Source: Camelus dromedarius (Eukaryota). Taken from it: DNA of 64,000 nucleotides. Below are positions 13,070-26,639 of this stretch, piece after piece; within the stretch, counting starts at the first letter, position 1, and every line of letters starts with the position of its first letter. A model generated the notes under the pieces. It ran no database searches. It saw only the letters and a program-made list of their open reading frames with translations, and was not told the DNA's origin. The stretch covers positions 28,832,001 to 28,896,000 of the forward strand of contig NC_087436.1 of assembly GCF_036321535.1 (NCBI RefSeq), read 5' to 3'. Made by a program: the position numbers and the translations under genes.

Positions 13070-13214
13070 ACCGTGGGCTTTGTGGCAGATTGGTTTCCCT
13101 GGAAAACAGACTTTGAGATAAATTTGTGCACAGGGATTTTATTAGGGGTTTGCTTTGTGCTCAGCATCCATGGAAAAGAAGAGGAAGTAGGACTGAACAG
13201 CGGAGGCTAAGCTC
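13070..13214 (-). mobile_element. LTR16-family (ERV-L) LTR, 3' end only
   Basis: GGTTTCCCTGGAAAACAGACTTTGAGATAAATTTGTGCACAGGGATTTTATTAGGGG is antisense to the LTR16 U5/polyA region (AATAAA on -). Confidence 0.7.
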
Positions 13215-15760
13215 TCCCCTTCCTGGCCTCTGACCATTCAAAGAGCCATTCATCACCACCCACGAATCCATACCTTGGGGCACTTCTCTTTCCATATAAT
13301 GTGGATGATGAAATGTACCACCCAAAGCTCTGCCCATTAGGAGAATTCTTCCTTGCCACTGTCTTTGCAGGTTACTTCTAAGTGGGGCTGTAATGTAATC
13401 GACCACCCATTTTCAGCTGACCCATCTGTAAACCAGTCTCAGACATTTTCTTCCACTGCCATTGTTATAAGATATTCCCCATGTAGACATTGGTATCAGC
13501 TAAAGAAGAGGCTCTTGTACACCAGTGGTGGGTGATGTGAGATTCTGGGCCAAGTACTTATGTAGCTGACTTATGCCACCCGAACCTGCTCATGCTTCAT
13601 CCTATATGTTCAAATTCCAGGTTACTAGATAGACTGGTCCTACCCAAGTTTTTGGGCAAATCCTGCTCATAGAAGCCATTTTGACTGCATTATCCCTTTA
13701 GATCTCATTAGTAGTCACTCCCCAGAACTTAGGAGGGTTTTTTTGTTTGTTTTGTTTTTTTGTTTTTTTAAGGTATATAACATTGCACTGTAGATGACAT
13801 AGACTGGCTTCAGAAATCTAGGAGTCTGTTTTAGATTTTTTTATAGGACTTGTAGGAAAATCCACAGGGTCTTTGAATACCTTCTAATACCACAAGGTCT
13901 TCTGGGCAAAATGCTGCTTGTGGTTCAGTATGAACATATTACAGAGTTTTTCCTTCTGTGATCCCCACTGACAGCCTTTTGTCTCACCTAGATAAAGGTC
14001 CAAACAGTATTCCCGGGTGTGGCATATGCTGGCCAGAACCCAAAGAGGCCTACCAGGCATTGTGCTTTCTTCTTTGTGGCTGGAAGTACCAGATACAATA
14101 AAGACCCCTTTATTTTGGAGCAGACATCCTCACATGCCTCAGAATTATTTTAATATGTTGCAGACCTCTGCATTTTCATGGGGTTTATCGCTGTCTTTCT
14201 GTAGCACACATTCCTAGCAAAGACTCCAATATACGTTTCATTTCTAGTTTATCCAGTCTAACAGCATGATGTCATTAGTGAGATGTTCTTTGAGATGTTC
14301 AACAGGTCCAGGTCTGCTCAAAATATATTAAGACAGAGAGCAGGAGAGTTAAGAGTCTTGGAGAAAGACTGTAACTGTATACTGTTGTCTAGTTCAAGTA
14401 AATCTGAGCTGTATCTGAAAATTATACTTTCAACTTATCAGTGGTCACATAATACGTACTCAAAGACATTTTGATCAGTTTTAGCAAAGATTATTTATCT
14501 GGCACAGAAGCTCCATCTAGGGTTACAATTTCATTGATTTTACGATAGTTCACTATAATACTCTAGGATCTACATGGTTTTTGCATACACCATCATCTGT
14601 TTTTTGTATGAATCAAACTGGTACATTAAATGGATATATGATACAGATTATTACCTCTGTGTTCTTTAGGTCTCTAAGTTTGGAACTAATTTTTGTCATT
14701 ATAACCAATGATTTTATTTTGGTTTACCATCTTGGCTGGTGGGAGTGTGGGGAGACAATTTCAGAGCCTTTTGATTGGCCTTCTCCAATACCTTTCAATG
14801 TCTTTTATCTCACAGAACAAGAAACCAACATGCTGTTTATGCCAACAATTCCCAAGTATGTGTTTCCCATTATATAGTCAAAGGCTGTGCAAATAGTCTC
14901 TATTTATTACTTGCCTTATTATGTCACCCTTTAGATAGGAAACCATGGTGACATTAGTATTAGAGGATCAATCTGAAGGAAGACTCTATGGCCAGGAGTC
15001 CTTGAAATGTTTAGGGTGTCTCCTTTCCCCATCATACGAGTATTCAATTGTATGGTTACAAGTCCTTTGGAGGAAGCTTGAAGAAATAATTACCATGGTC
15101 ACTTCCCAGGGTGGTACAGAGTGTTCCTTCCCAGAAACTTGGCCTTTCCTTCAATCAGTGTAATCTGGATCTGAAAACTTTCTCAAGACCAAAAACTGGG
15201 CTAAGGATAGTGACTTATGAAGGAAACTGTCTTCATCTCATCCTTTTTATTTACTTTGAATTATAAATTAAGTGAGGCTTGTGTAGGCTGCTAGTCTATT
15301 TTGACCCTAGAAATGCCATGTTCTACTAATCATCTTAACTCTCTGTCAGTCAGTCCTCCTTGGCATCTGTCTGATCTTGCCACTATCTATGGAAATTGTG
15401 TGCTCCTGTCTTTCAACAGTTAAGTGCTGACACCCAGCCAGTGTGGTTCTGGAATCCGCTTATCCCCATTAGTATCAGTGAGCCCTGTCTTGTAAAGACG
15501 TCCCTTCACTGCCAGCCCAGGCCCAGAAGGAAGCGACATGAGCTTCTAAGTGATTCTCACTAGCAGATTCCTAGTTGGTTTGGTAATTTGTGTATCCTCT
15601 GTGTCCTCCTTGGAACATAGCCCTCTGGTTGGTTTTTCCAGCTGTATAAATATCCATCCTAGCATGACTACATCTTTAAGTCTTTTAATCCTTTTATATC
15701 TGTCTGTCATACAGTCTGTCATTTTTCTCTTACTTGGTGTGAACCTCTGTTTTCCATGTT
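13215..15760 (-). mobile_element. ERV-L internal region (ERV3-16A3-like): decayed gag-RT-RNaseH
   Basis: Minus-strand translation gives ERV-L pol motifs. RNaseH: WFTDGSA (~13415-13435) and KDSGKEEFS*WAELWVVH. RT: QQYTVTVFLQD..NSPALC, a degenerate YIDD as TNDIML (~14262-14279), and VNYRKINEIVT..ASVPD. Gag-like sequence lies near 15.3-15.7 kb. Many stops and frameshifts. Confidence 0.85.
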
Positions 15761-16125
15761 TCTAAGAATCATTCTAGAAATTTGTTTACATCAATCTGTG
15801 AGATAATATAAAATTGTATATTTGGTGCAGAGTCAGAGGGTCAAAAAGTCAAGTAGAAAGTGCATATTCAAATCACTACTAAAAAAACCCACTTTTTTTT
15901 AAAGGTATAAGATTTGAAATTTGACTCATGGACAATAAATTCAAACCTTCCAAAAAAGTTGCTTGCAGAATTAATTGTTGATAGCTGACAGAAATAATCT
16001 TGTCTGCTGACATACGAGAAAGAGGCAGGTATGCGAGTTGGTAAATACAGTTGATGGATAAAGAGACAGCAAATTATGTAACTGATGGAGCCAGTATATC
16101 ACTTCTGAGATAAGCCTTGTCTTTG

Positions 16126-16237
16126 TTTTCTTTCTTCTCTCCTTCCTTCCTCATTCTCCCTTCTTCTTTTTCTTCCCTTTCTTTCTTTCTTTCCTTTCTT
16201 TCTCTTTTTCTATCTTTCCTTCCTTCCTTCTCTCTTT
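16126..16237. repeat. CT-rich low-complexity tract (TTCC/TTTC)
   Basis: Seen directly. Confidence 0.85.
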
Positions 16238-16245
16238 CATCTATT

Positions 16246-16325
16246 TTTTGGTATATATATTTTTATTGAAGTATAGTCAGTTTACAATGTTGTGTCAATT
16301 TCTGGTGTACAGCATAATGCTTCAG
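16246..16325 (-). mobile_element. Very short, 5'-truncated camelid-type L1 3' end with TSD
   Basis: TTTTATTGAAGTATAGTCAGTTTACAATGTTGTGTCAATTTCTGGTGTACAGCATAATGCTTCAG, flanked by the direct repeat TCATCTATT (16237-16245, 16326-16334). Confidence 0.75.
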
Positions 16326-16644
16326 TCATCTATTGTTTTTAACATATAACAGAAAGTCTATGAAGTGCCAGTGAATACTGGTGATGTGGAAGTACAAATC
16401 TTCAGTATTTTGAAGTTCTGAGTCAAGAACTTGAAGGATCCATGCAGTGTTATTGGGCAAGTTTTAACTTAGAAATAGGAAGGTGATTATAAGAAATATG
16501 CAGCCTGCTAAGTGGTAGGTAACAAAAATTTGAATTTTGTATTTCACACAGTAATTTGTAGTGTTGAAATGATAAAGTTCAAGGACATTTTATGGAGTTA
16601 GGAAAAGAGCAGAGTTAATAGGAACTTCAGAGCTATATCTACAA

Positions 16645-16880
16645 TTATAATAATATTAGCTAACATTATATTAGCACTTACTGATAGTCAATTTGCTAAA
16701 ACTTTAAATATATGATTCATTTGACATATATCTTGCCACAAAATGCAGATACTATTAAAAAAAACAAGTTTTATTGAAAAATAGTGGAATCATGGAGGGG
16801 ATTTCTAAGTTGACAAAGGGCATTGTATAATTGGCAGATCAGATTCAAATACAAGCATAACTGACTTAAAAGCAAGGATT
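16645..16880 (-). mobile_element. MIR SINE
   Basis: ATAATATTAGCTAACATTATATTAGCACTTAC...GGCAGATCAGATTCAAATACAAG follows the antisense MIR layout. Confidence 0.55.
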
Positions 16881-18644
16881 CTTAACCAACAGTTCTCCAC
16901 ATACATGCCATGGCATAGTTGCAAAATGCAGGAGTTTCACAAAATCTTTTTTCTGAACAACACAAGGTATATATTATTATACAAATATCTGTCAGATGGA
17001 TTTTTGAACTGAGCAAGTTGTACAATGCTGGATAGAATGAAGTATAATACGCAGTAAGATTTAAAATAAGCGGCAAAACACCAAGTTCATGAAAAAAATC
17101 ATCTACTTATGGAGACTAAAATTTGCTGTATGAATACATCATACATTAAAGTCAGAGAAATAAACACTGAAACGCATGTAGCAAGAATGAATAATATATA
17201 ATAGTGGCTGCACACATACACACACAAGAACATGGTGAGATTTTTGCTACACTGTAGGAATGTTATGTTATAATCATTACTGACCTAACTAGTGATTCCT
17301 TCTAGTATATTGCCAGAAATCATAATATTGAAAATGTACCATGACCTAAAAAGATCTAGAAAACATCCAGATAGTTTTGCCAATATTCTAATTTTCCAAA
17401 TCTGATCCAGAGAATTTTAGGGAAATTATAGGGAAGACAAGAAAAGTTCAAGGAAAAAAGAAATCTACAAAATCACACAAAGTAAGAACAATATTCAATT
17501 CAATACACAAAAATTCTATAGAGTGGTTAATCAATGATTTTTAGGTGAAAAATACTTAAAAGCTACTCACAAATGATATTAAGTTCTCGGTATACTACCT
17601 TAGAGTATAATGACTAAAAATGTAAATCTGAAATCAATAAATATATAAAATTTTAGGGAAATCACTGAGATTTGCAGAGATGAATTTCGTCATGAGAACA
17701 TGGCAAAGGAATCATGTGGTTTGTTTAAGAAACACACACGCACATAAGACAATAGAGAAGCAGGATTCTTGAAATGCCTGAAATATGGACAAAGAAAACC
17801 ATCCACAGATATAATATGGTTGTATGGTGAAAATTATTTAGGTAAAAATGAAAAAGAAGAGATAAATGGAATTGGAAAAGATACCTCTGGATTTAGTTCT
17901 CAGCTCAACTTTTATAACTCAGTAACTAATCGTTTTTGTTGTAGCCAAACATTGCCCTAAGAAGCATGGTCACCTCTTAAAATGAAGAAGTGATTCTGTT
18001 TGTGTTGCTGTTATTGTTGTTAAAAAGATGTAATTCTAACTCTGCTGCCAGTCTGGAACCATAAAAACTTTGAGAGAAAGATAAAATATTTCTACACAAG
18101 TAAAAATATTTGATGATAGGAAGTTAGGCATCATCAAGCATTATCTTACATACTTGTTTACCTTAAAATTTGACTGGCAAAACAAAATAGTCAGTGATAA
18201 GAAATTAGACTCTTTATATCAACTAAATTCACAGATAATTGTAATTTATCTTTTTAAGCAACAAAACATTGACTTTTATTCATTTATCTGCTTTTTTCAC
18301 TTAAATATATTCATATACATCTTTGACATTTTCACTAAACTGTGATTTTATTTAACATTTTTGTGCATTCAGTCTTAAATTGAATATTAACACACTGTTG
18401 ATAAGTATTGTTGAGACTACACGTTGCTTTCTGATTAAGGAGTTATTGCAAGTATAGGTATGGCCTCATTTTTGAAGAACTTCTTAAAAAGTATTTTTGA
18501 AAGATGACTATTTTACATTGAAGAATTTTAAATTATTTTCTAATTATAATCATTTAGGTACTTTTTAAATTTATAATTCAATTATAAAATACATACATAA
18601 ATAATTTTAGGGTGTTTAACTTGATCTTCAGCATGCACCAAAAA

Positions 18645-19085
18645 AAGACTTATTCAACATTCAAGCAATCTACTTGTTTTGTTCCACATATTGTTGTAAG
18701 TCTGTGAAGATATATATTTAGAATCTATATCTATATATATATATAAAATCATAGATACATATATGTTTAGTCCCTTCTTTCATGCAGCTACATTCTAGTG
18801 AGGGAAGGCAGACAATGGACAAGCAAATGAAGACAACATGCAGTGGGTGATAAAACTATGGAAACATAATGAAGGAAGGAAATAGGGAAAGAGAATATGA
18901 GTCACGGGTGACATTTCTATGAGGGCATTTTGAGTAGAGACTTTCAGAAAGAGGGGAAAATCTTGCACACATATTTGGTAAAATATTCTAGGTAGAGGGA
19001 AGGGTAAAAGAAAAGACCTAGATGTAGTCATGTCCTGGGATTTATCTCAGAAAAATATGGAGGCCAGTATAGTGGGAGTGAAATT
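18645..19085 (-). mobile_element. L2 3' region
   Basis: CATGCAGCTACATTCTAGTGAGGGAAGGCAGACAAT is the L2 hallmark segment. Confidence 0.7.
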
Positions 19086-20867
19086 TAAAATTAATAGTAT
19101 AAATGACTCAAATATATATATATGCCACATGAATATTAAATATAAATATAATATATGTTTAACATTCAAGCTTACTTTGGCAAATAGTCATATGGCGAAG
19201 ATGATTAACTAGTAGACTTGAAGGAAGTTATAAAATTATAATACATGAAATTAAAACTCCAGATAGATACTTTCAGCCTTAAAAAAATAAATATGGAGAA
19301 CTATTTTTATGATTCCAAGAATTCAGACCAACAGCAAAAATGGAATTGAGCCACAATGACCAGTATTAAAATGTCCTTCACTTTTGTATCCTTGGTGTGT
19401 CTCACATGGACTGTTCTTCTCCTAGTGGGGATTGGAAATATTTTCTTTTCCTTTGAGATAGAGCAACTCATGACATACGGATTTCAGAAACTATTTCACA
19501 GAGTCATTCAGTTACATTTATTTCAAATACCACTGCCTCACGAGTAATAAATATGCAGCTGCCTGTAGACACAATGAAGTATTTAATCTTCAGCAAAAGG
19601 TTGTTGAGTTGTTAAACATGAAAGCCACAGAACGTATTTCTCTGCTCTGAAGAAAATAAAATTTTATTCTGGATATTTGTATCCAAAAATGAGTAAGGAT
19701 ATTAAGGCTAAATGTGGACATAGGGAGATTAAATGGATTTATTGTATCCTGTGATTTTTTTTAGGTTGACCCTGTGAAAGGTAATTCAATATCTTTCAGA
19801 AAGGAAATTGGTTGGAAGAAATACAGAGCCATGTAACTTTACAAATGCTAATATTCAAATGAATCTTAAGATTAGAGGTTAAAAGTGGGATAAAATACAA
19901 GTAATAAGAATATTAGGTGAACAGATAGTGCTTTTCACTGCATTCCCTTCTGTCCTGCTCAAAAGATAGACCAAGTCAATAAAAGTCTAAAAGAAAAATT
20001 ACCTAAGGTTGAGTTTCATAAGTGAAACACAACATATTTCTTTAAAAGCCTGTATTCAAACCTTATCCTCAAGAGAGTATTACATATTTAAGATTTCTTA
20101 TAGGAATTTTTAAAATTTTTTTTTATTTTTATTGACCTAGAAAAATCACTATAGTGATGATGAACAATTAAGGTAAATTTTCTTCTTTCTTTTTGTTTTG
20201 CTTTGTACTTTTTAAATCTCCAACTCATCTCAGTGACAAAGTCCACCAGAAAAATAAATTATAGGATGCATATTAGAGAATGTCTGCCTGATCAATGACT
20301 AAAGAAAATCTTCTTGAAAGAGAAACTGGCTCTGAGAAATATATTACTATAATTGTTTAACCATCCATTACGAGAAATAAGTCATTACTAGATTCCTTAT
20401 AACCATAAGGAATGTGCTTTGAAGCGCACAATACTGAAATACCAGCAAATAGGCAACATGATGAAACTAAAGGCACAGAGGACTAATGAAAAAGAGTCCT
20501 TCCTAGCTATGTAAGTGAGTTCCATACCATAAAGAAAATACATTATAATTTCTTTAAATTATATTTTGAACATGCTAATATACACATAATATGACAGCTG
20601 AAGGTATTATTAATTCTATTTTATAAAAGCTTGAAATCGTTACAGTAAAATACAATAATAATTATGGTCAAATAAAGCAGTCTTATGATTTATACTTCAA
20701 TGGCTTGGGGAGGGACTAGTAAAGCTAAATGAAGTCTTACAGTGTTGCTTTCTAACAAGAATGAAGCATGATCTGTCACCTGTATACAAGCTGCAACAAT
20801 TTGCACATGTTCTGGACCTTCCTATTAGCAAAAAAATCACCTTAAGATGTTTATTTTCTGTTCTAGA

Positions 20868-21138
20868 TTGTGTTTAGCAAAGCTTTTCTGTAAAGTCTGT
20901 AGGAAGAGTACGTATTTGGGGCTTTTTATAAAGAGTAAATATTGTAAATTTTGCAGGCTCTATGGTCTCTCTCTCAGCCACTCAACGCTGCTAGCACAGT
21001 GAGAAGGCACTTTGAGACAGCACATAAATGAGTAAGGCGTTCAATAAATAAATGAAAAACTGCGCTCAAATTAAAAATATTTACAAAAATAGGCAGCGAG
21101 CCAGATAAAACTTGAAAACCACAGTTGGCCAATTCTTG
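20868..21138 (+). mobile_element. MER58A-like hAT-Charlie non-autonomous DNA transposon
   Basis: Colinear with the recalled MER58A consensus (GCAAAGCTTTTCTGTAAAG...GGTCTCTCTCTCAGCCACTCAAC...TATTTACAAAAATAGGCAGCGAGCCAGAT...CAGTTGGCCAATTCTTG). Flanks TTCTAGA/TTCTGGA resemble a hAT TSD. Confidence 0.75.
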
Positions 21139-21627
21139 TTCTGGACAAATTTATAGAACATTGTCAAAAATTAGCACAGGATACATAAATGGCAACTTCC
21201 AATTGAATTACATATAAAACAACAGGTCAAATAATAAAATCTGTTGCTCTTTTAATACTTGAAATGGTTGACTATCAAAGAATAAGTTTACCATGTATAT
21301 TCTATCTTGCTCTAAATATAACTAAACTTTTAAACAATTAGAGTATCAGTACAATGAGTCTTTTGGAATTAGTAAAATTAGTGAAAAAAAAAAAATACCC
21401 CTTCTAGTATGTCTGGGAAAGCTTCCACTAGACCTATCCTCACAGAGATTACTCTGCACAAAGTCCAAAGGCACCAGAGAGGGTACAAATATAGCAGAGT
21501 AAGGAGAGGATTCAAATATCGAAAGAAGGAAATGGCTCAGACTAGTTTCACTGTTGTTTACCAACTTTAAGCTTCAAGATCTCTGTGGTACAAAAATAGT
21601 GGTTAAAACCATGCTCTAAAGTGCAGT

Positions 21628-21815
21628 ACACTACTGTATATAAAATAGATAAACAACAAGGGGCTTCTGTATAGCACAGGGAATGATATTCAATAGCTTG
21701 TACTAAACTAGAATGGAAAAGAATCTGAAATATATATATATATATATATAAAAACTGAGTCACACTGCTGCATACCTGAAACACTCTAAATCAACTATAC
21801 TTCGTTTTTTTAAAA
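21628..21815 (+). mobile_element. Younger cetartiodactyl-type L1 3' end nested in the old L1
   Basis: TATATAAAATAGATAAACAACAAGG...CTGTATAGCACAGGGAA...AAATCAACTATACTTC, with a perfect 11-bp TSD TAAAGTGCAGT (21617-21627, 21816-21826) and an internal (TA)n. Confidence 0.85.
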
Positions 21816-22185
21816 TAAAGTGCAGTGTCTTCTGCTAGAAAAAGGAGAAGACAGAGTTTGAGGCAATGATAGCAGCTATAATAAAATGAAGGACGAATCT
21901 GAGAAAAGAGAGAATCAGAGTGAAGCAGCCCCAAATTCTGTATGCAAACTCTGCTGGAACTCTGACTTCCTGTGAACTGTGTAAGCTAGAGACAAACTTC
22001 AGCTAGAGGGAAAAGAACCAACCTGGGATTTGTTAGTTGCCTACGGGAGATTTTGTATTTTGAGTATGACCTTTTGACTATGACACTGAGTATGACTAAA
22101 ACATACAAACCAAAAACTCACCAATTTTTCACAAGCATCACTTAACAATGTTTAGGATAGAATCCAATTATTCTATATACAAAGC

Positions 22186-22256
22186 TGTTCTATAAATCAA
22201 TCATTATTTTTATGAAATATGTCATATTTTTCATAAAAATAATGATTTATAGAACA
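22186..22256. repeat. 71-bp near-perfect palindrome
   Basis: TGTTCTATAAATC[AATC]ATTATTTTTATGAAATATG-T-CATATTTTTCATAAAAATAATGATTTATAGAACA. The arms differ only by a 4-nt and a 2-nt indel. Confidence 0.9.
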
Positions 22257-25200
22257 ACTAATCAAAAAATCATTAAGATACAGATGATTTGACTAGTACC
22301 ACTAACCACTTGTTTTGATTTTTATATCTTACTACCAAAACAGCAACAACAAAATAAATCCCAAGGAAATACTGAAGTTAAATGCAGAAATAAATTAAAT
22401 AGAAAACAGACAACCAGTAGAATATTTCAACAGAGAAAATTTCTTTGTCGTAAAGAGTAACAAAATTTATAAACTTCTAAGTTGATTGATCAAGAAAAGC
22501 GATAGTAAGAAGACAAATTAAACCAGTATCAATCATTAAAGAGTGGTTATCAGTACAAGTAGTATAGGCATATATAGAATAAGAGCATTATGAACAATTT
22601 TCTCCTGACAACTTCAATAATTTAGATCAAATGGGCAATTTTCTTGAAAAATGTAACTTACCAGAACTGACAGACAGCAAAGGACAAAATCTGAAATAAC
22701 CCTATGTCAGGTAAATAAATTGAACCCATTTACATAAACTTTCCCCAACAAGAAAACTCCAGGACCAGATGATGTCACTGGTAAATTATTTCAAACATTT
22801 AAGGAAGAAATAATATCAATCTTATGCAAGTTCTTTCACAATATAGAGAAGGAGGGAAATAATTTCAAAATAAAAAAATTAAAATCAAATTATTACTAGA
22901 GACTGATATATCTCCATCAATCTATATGCAAAATTATCTAACACTATTTTAGAAAATCAAATCCAGCAAAATATAAAAGGGTAATGTACTACAGCCAATA
23001 GACTTTGTCACAGGAATGTTAGATCGATTGAACTTTCCAAAATCAATTGATGTTGTTCATTGTATTAACAGAATAACAAAGAAAAAGTACACATTAAAGA
23101 TCAATAAGTGAGAAAAAAGCATTTGATAAAATTTGACACTCCTTCAAAATAAAAACTTGTAGCAATTTAGTAATAAAAGGAAAAGTTCTCTACCTCAAAA
23201 AGGACATTCATGAAATACCTAAGGTTAATATCACATTTAATGCTGAAAATTTTAATTCCTTCTCCGAAGTGGGGAACAAGAAAAAAAATACCCATTCTCA
23301 CTGCTTCTGTCGAGCTCTTGGCCACCAGAAAGTTAGAAATAAAGGCACAAAGATAAGAGAGTAGAAGTAAACCTATTTGCAGAAGGAATGTTGCTTACAT
23401 ATAAAATCATCAGAAATTTACAGTATATTACCAGAACTAATCAGTGAATTCAGTAAGCTATCAAGATTCAAGATTAATAAACAGAAAGCAATTATCTTTT
23501 TTACACTATCAACACTTTTTTTTCCAAATTCTATTGAGTGTCAAGGAACATAAAGAATTTAGAAATAAATTTAACAAAACATGAGCCAAGACCTCTCTAC
23601 ATTTAAGATCTGAATAAATAGTGGGAAAAGTTATTCTCATGGATTCCAAGACTCCATATTGCTAAGATGTCAATTCCTCTCAATTTGATATATAGATTCA
23701 ATACAATGTCAAATCAAAAGCTAATCAAGTTTTTTTTTTGTAGTAATTGACAATCTGATTCTAAAATGTGTATGGAAAAGCAAAGAGCCTGGAATGTTGA
23801 AAGCCATATTGAAAAACAAATCTGGAGTATTTAGACTAGCTTTTTCAAACCTTATTATAAAGCGACAGTAATCAAGAGAATGCAGTTTTGCCATAAAAAT
23901 CAATCCACACATCAATAAAACAAAATGGAGAACCCATAAATAGACCCATGAAAATTTACATAATTTAATTTTCAACTTAGGCTCCAAAGCAAGCTAGATG
24001 AAGCAGATAAGTCTTTTCAACAAATATTGTTGGAATTACTGGATATGTATATAAGCATAATAATAGTAACTCTGATGTCCGCCTTGGATTCTACAAAAAA
24101 AAATCTTAAATTGAGGTGGAACACAGACTTATACATAAAACTTAAAACCGGAAAACTTATGAGTATATTTTCTTGATTTGGAGGGTTTGGTAAATATTTC
24201 CTAGACAAGTTACAGAAATAAATAATTTTTTAAATGATAAATCAGATTTTACTAAAATTAAAAACTTACACTCATTGACTAAAAACATTAAGAAAGTAAA
24301 TAAAGAAGGTTGTACTCACAAACACATATTTTTGACAAAGTATTTTGGTATCTAAGGATCATAGGGTACTAAGACCAACTACAACTCAATAGTAAAAAAG
24401 ACAAACAGCCCAAAAATGAAAATGAGCAAAATCTTTGAACAGACACCTCACAAAAGAAGATATAGAAATGGCCAATAAGCATATGAAAAAGTGTCAACAG
24501 TGTAGTATTGTCAGACATCAGTATAATGCAAATAAAAACCACAATGAGCTACTGCTATACATCCACTGAAAATGACTAAAACAAAACATACATACATCAA
24601 ATATTGACCAATATACAGAACAATCAGAAGTTCCATACCTTCTTGGTAGAATTTCAAAATACTAAACCACTTTGGAAAAAATTTGGCTTGTATTTTACTA
24701 CAATTACACATACACCTACCCTACAACTCATTAATTCTAATCCAAGATATTTATCCCAAAAAATGGAAGTAAATGTCTTAAAAGTTTATATGAGAATGTT
24801 CACAATAGCCCTTTCATAATAGCAAAGAACTGGAAACAGCCAAAATGTCCATTAATAAGAGAATTAATTAACTAAATTATATTCATACAAGGATATATTT
24901 TTATTCATTTAGACAGTTGCCTAATTCTATAGGTTGCTTATTTTGTCAAATAAATATTTGATTTCAAATTTCTAACACAGAGAAATTGAATTAAATAAAA
25001 TCACAGTTTGAGTATTGAAATGGAAAAAGATAAAACAGACTTTTACTTTTCTTTTAACATATTTTCCTTCTCTAAGAGGAGTTCCTCCTGAGGTTTCAGA
25101 AGCTCCATATCGTCTGGTATTTGTAAACAAATGGGAATTAAATGCCAGATCCATGCCACATTATATTAGCTGAAACAAAAGTCAGTTTAATTTTTTTCCA

Positions 25201-26214
25201 ATTGAGTTCAATCTCTGTGACCCTCTGTCCTTCAGTTTTAACAAGGAGAATAGAGTTCATTTAGAACAGAAAAACTTCAGAGAAACTTAAGAACGTCAGA
25301 CAGCACCCTGTATCCATTGAGCCAATATAATAAGTCAGACTGATCTAAACTGATAGCTTTATAATAGCTTGCTTGCTGTATTACAACTAAATAAAAAAAT
25401 CTATGCATAATATATCTTCACAGCTGAGATAGCTAATTTATGTGAAATAGAGTTGTAAGGTGGCTTTCTTAGAGATTGTGAAAAAAATTGTCCAACCAAG
25501 ACTTCAAGTCCCAAGTCCAAAAATGGTAAATAGTGTTTGTCTAATCACAATTAAATAGCAAGAAATAAAACGTATCACATTCAACTGAAAAGCTATGGTG
25601 TCAATTTCATGACTAGTTACACTATGCTTCCTTGGAAGGATTTGATTTTTAAAATGAAAGATATTTAGTAGACTAATATCCTATCTTGTATCATAAAGCT
25701 AGAATATATATATATGTAACATACACATTACCAATGTTAAATAATGTTATTATTTAATTAACTGAGTTTAAGATATGGCTACATTGAAAGCATGAAAAGT
25801 TAAGTTGTGATAAAGGAAGCTGTGGTGGCAAAACATAATAGAGATTCAAAAGTGATGCAACTGTTATGTACAAATCAATTTTCAAAACAAAATCAAGACT
25901 AAGTAACCTCTAAATTATATATTTGGAAATGTTATCAGCAACTCAATACATATATTTATTTCAGCCAAACTTCAACACAAATAATAAAGGGAATTTTCTA
26001 TTTTCTCTTTCTTCAATTAATTAACTGGTAGAAATTTTGAGTAAGAATAGCAAAGACAGGAACATTTCCAATGACTGGCTTTCCCTACAATGTAGTCTTA
26101 TCATGTGTGATCCCACACAATGCCATTCTACCTTAAACATTTGGAAGCTACTCCCATCATGTTTGCAAGATTTCCAATCTTCTTTCCTTGCATTAAAATA
26201 TCTCTTACAGTTTT

Positions 26215-26385
26215 AAAAAACCTCCATATCTTGAGTATTATTAGTAGTATTTCACATTTAAGGATAGAAAGGATCAGAGACCAAACAATTTGCAAAAAGT
26301 CACATGGTTACTGAATGTCAGAGTTAGAACTAAATCCAAATTCCCCAGGCCTGTTAGACAAAAGTCCTTACTTTGAACAGCTACA
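26215..26385 (-). mobile_element. MIR SINE fragment
   Basis: CAATTTGCAAAAAGTCACATGGTTACTGAATGTCAGAGTTAGAACTAAATCC resembles the antisense MIR core. Confidence 0.55.
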
Positions 26386-26639
26386 CCAGTTTGTTTCCAA
26401 ATTTTTTACATTTGTTTACAGAATTAAGGAATTTTAGAAATAGACATTATTTTTGATATGACTCCTACTCTTTGTTTTACATGAATTAATTGAGGGCTAA
26501 TTGGTTAAGTGATTTAGAGCTGTTTAGTGTCTCTTGCACTCTTCCACTGTGTGTTTACCTTGCTTCTTATTTAACATAAATTCCTTGATAGCTACTTTAG
26601 CAACATTTAGAAGTAATAATAACAACAACTGCAGAATGA

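Larger units (their letters stand above)
21390..24900 (+). mobile_element. Old, internally deleted L1 (L1MC/L1MD-like): 5' region, ORF2 remnants, 3' UTR
   Basis: ORF2 remnants such as KTPGPD..TG...QTFKEEII (~22753), AAAGCATTTGATAAAATT and AACAGACACCTCACAAAAGAAGATATAGAAATGGCCAATAAGCATATGAAAA. Strong A-rich strand bias and multiple stops. Confidence 0.85.

Noticed and set aside
19765..19780. 16-nt AG...GT microexon candidate (also a 13-nt one at ~52210-52222)
   Set aside because: Neither is frame-preserving, there is no supporting context, and such patterns are expected by chance in 64 kb.
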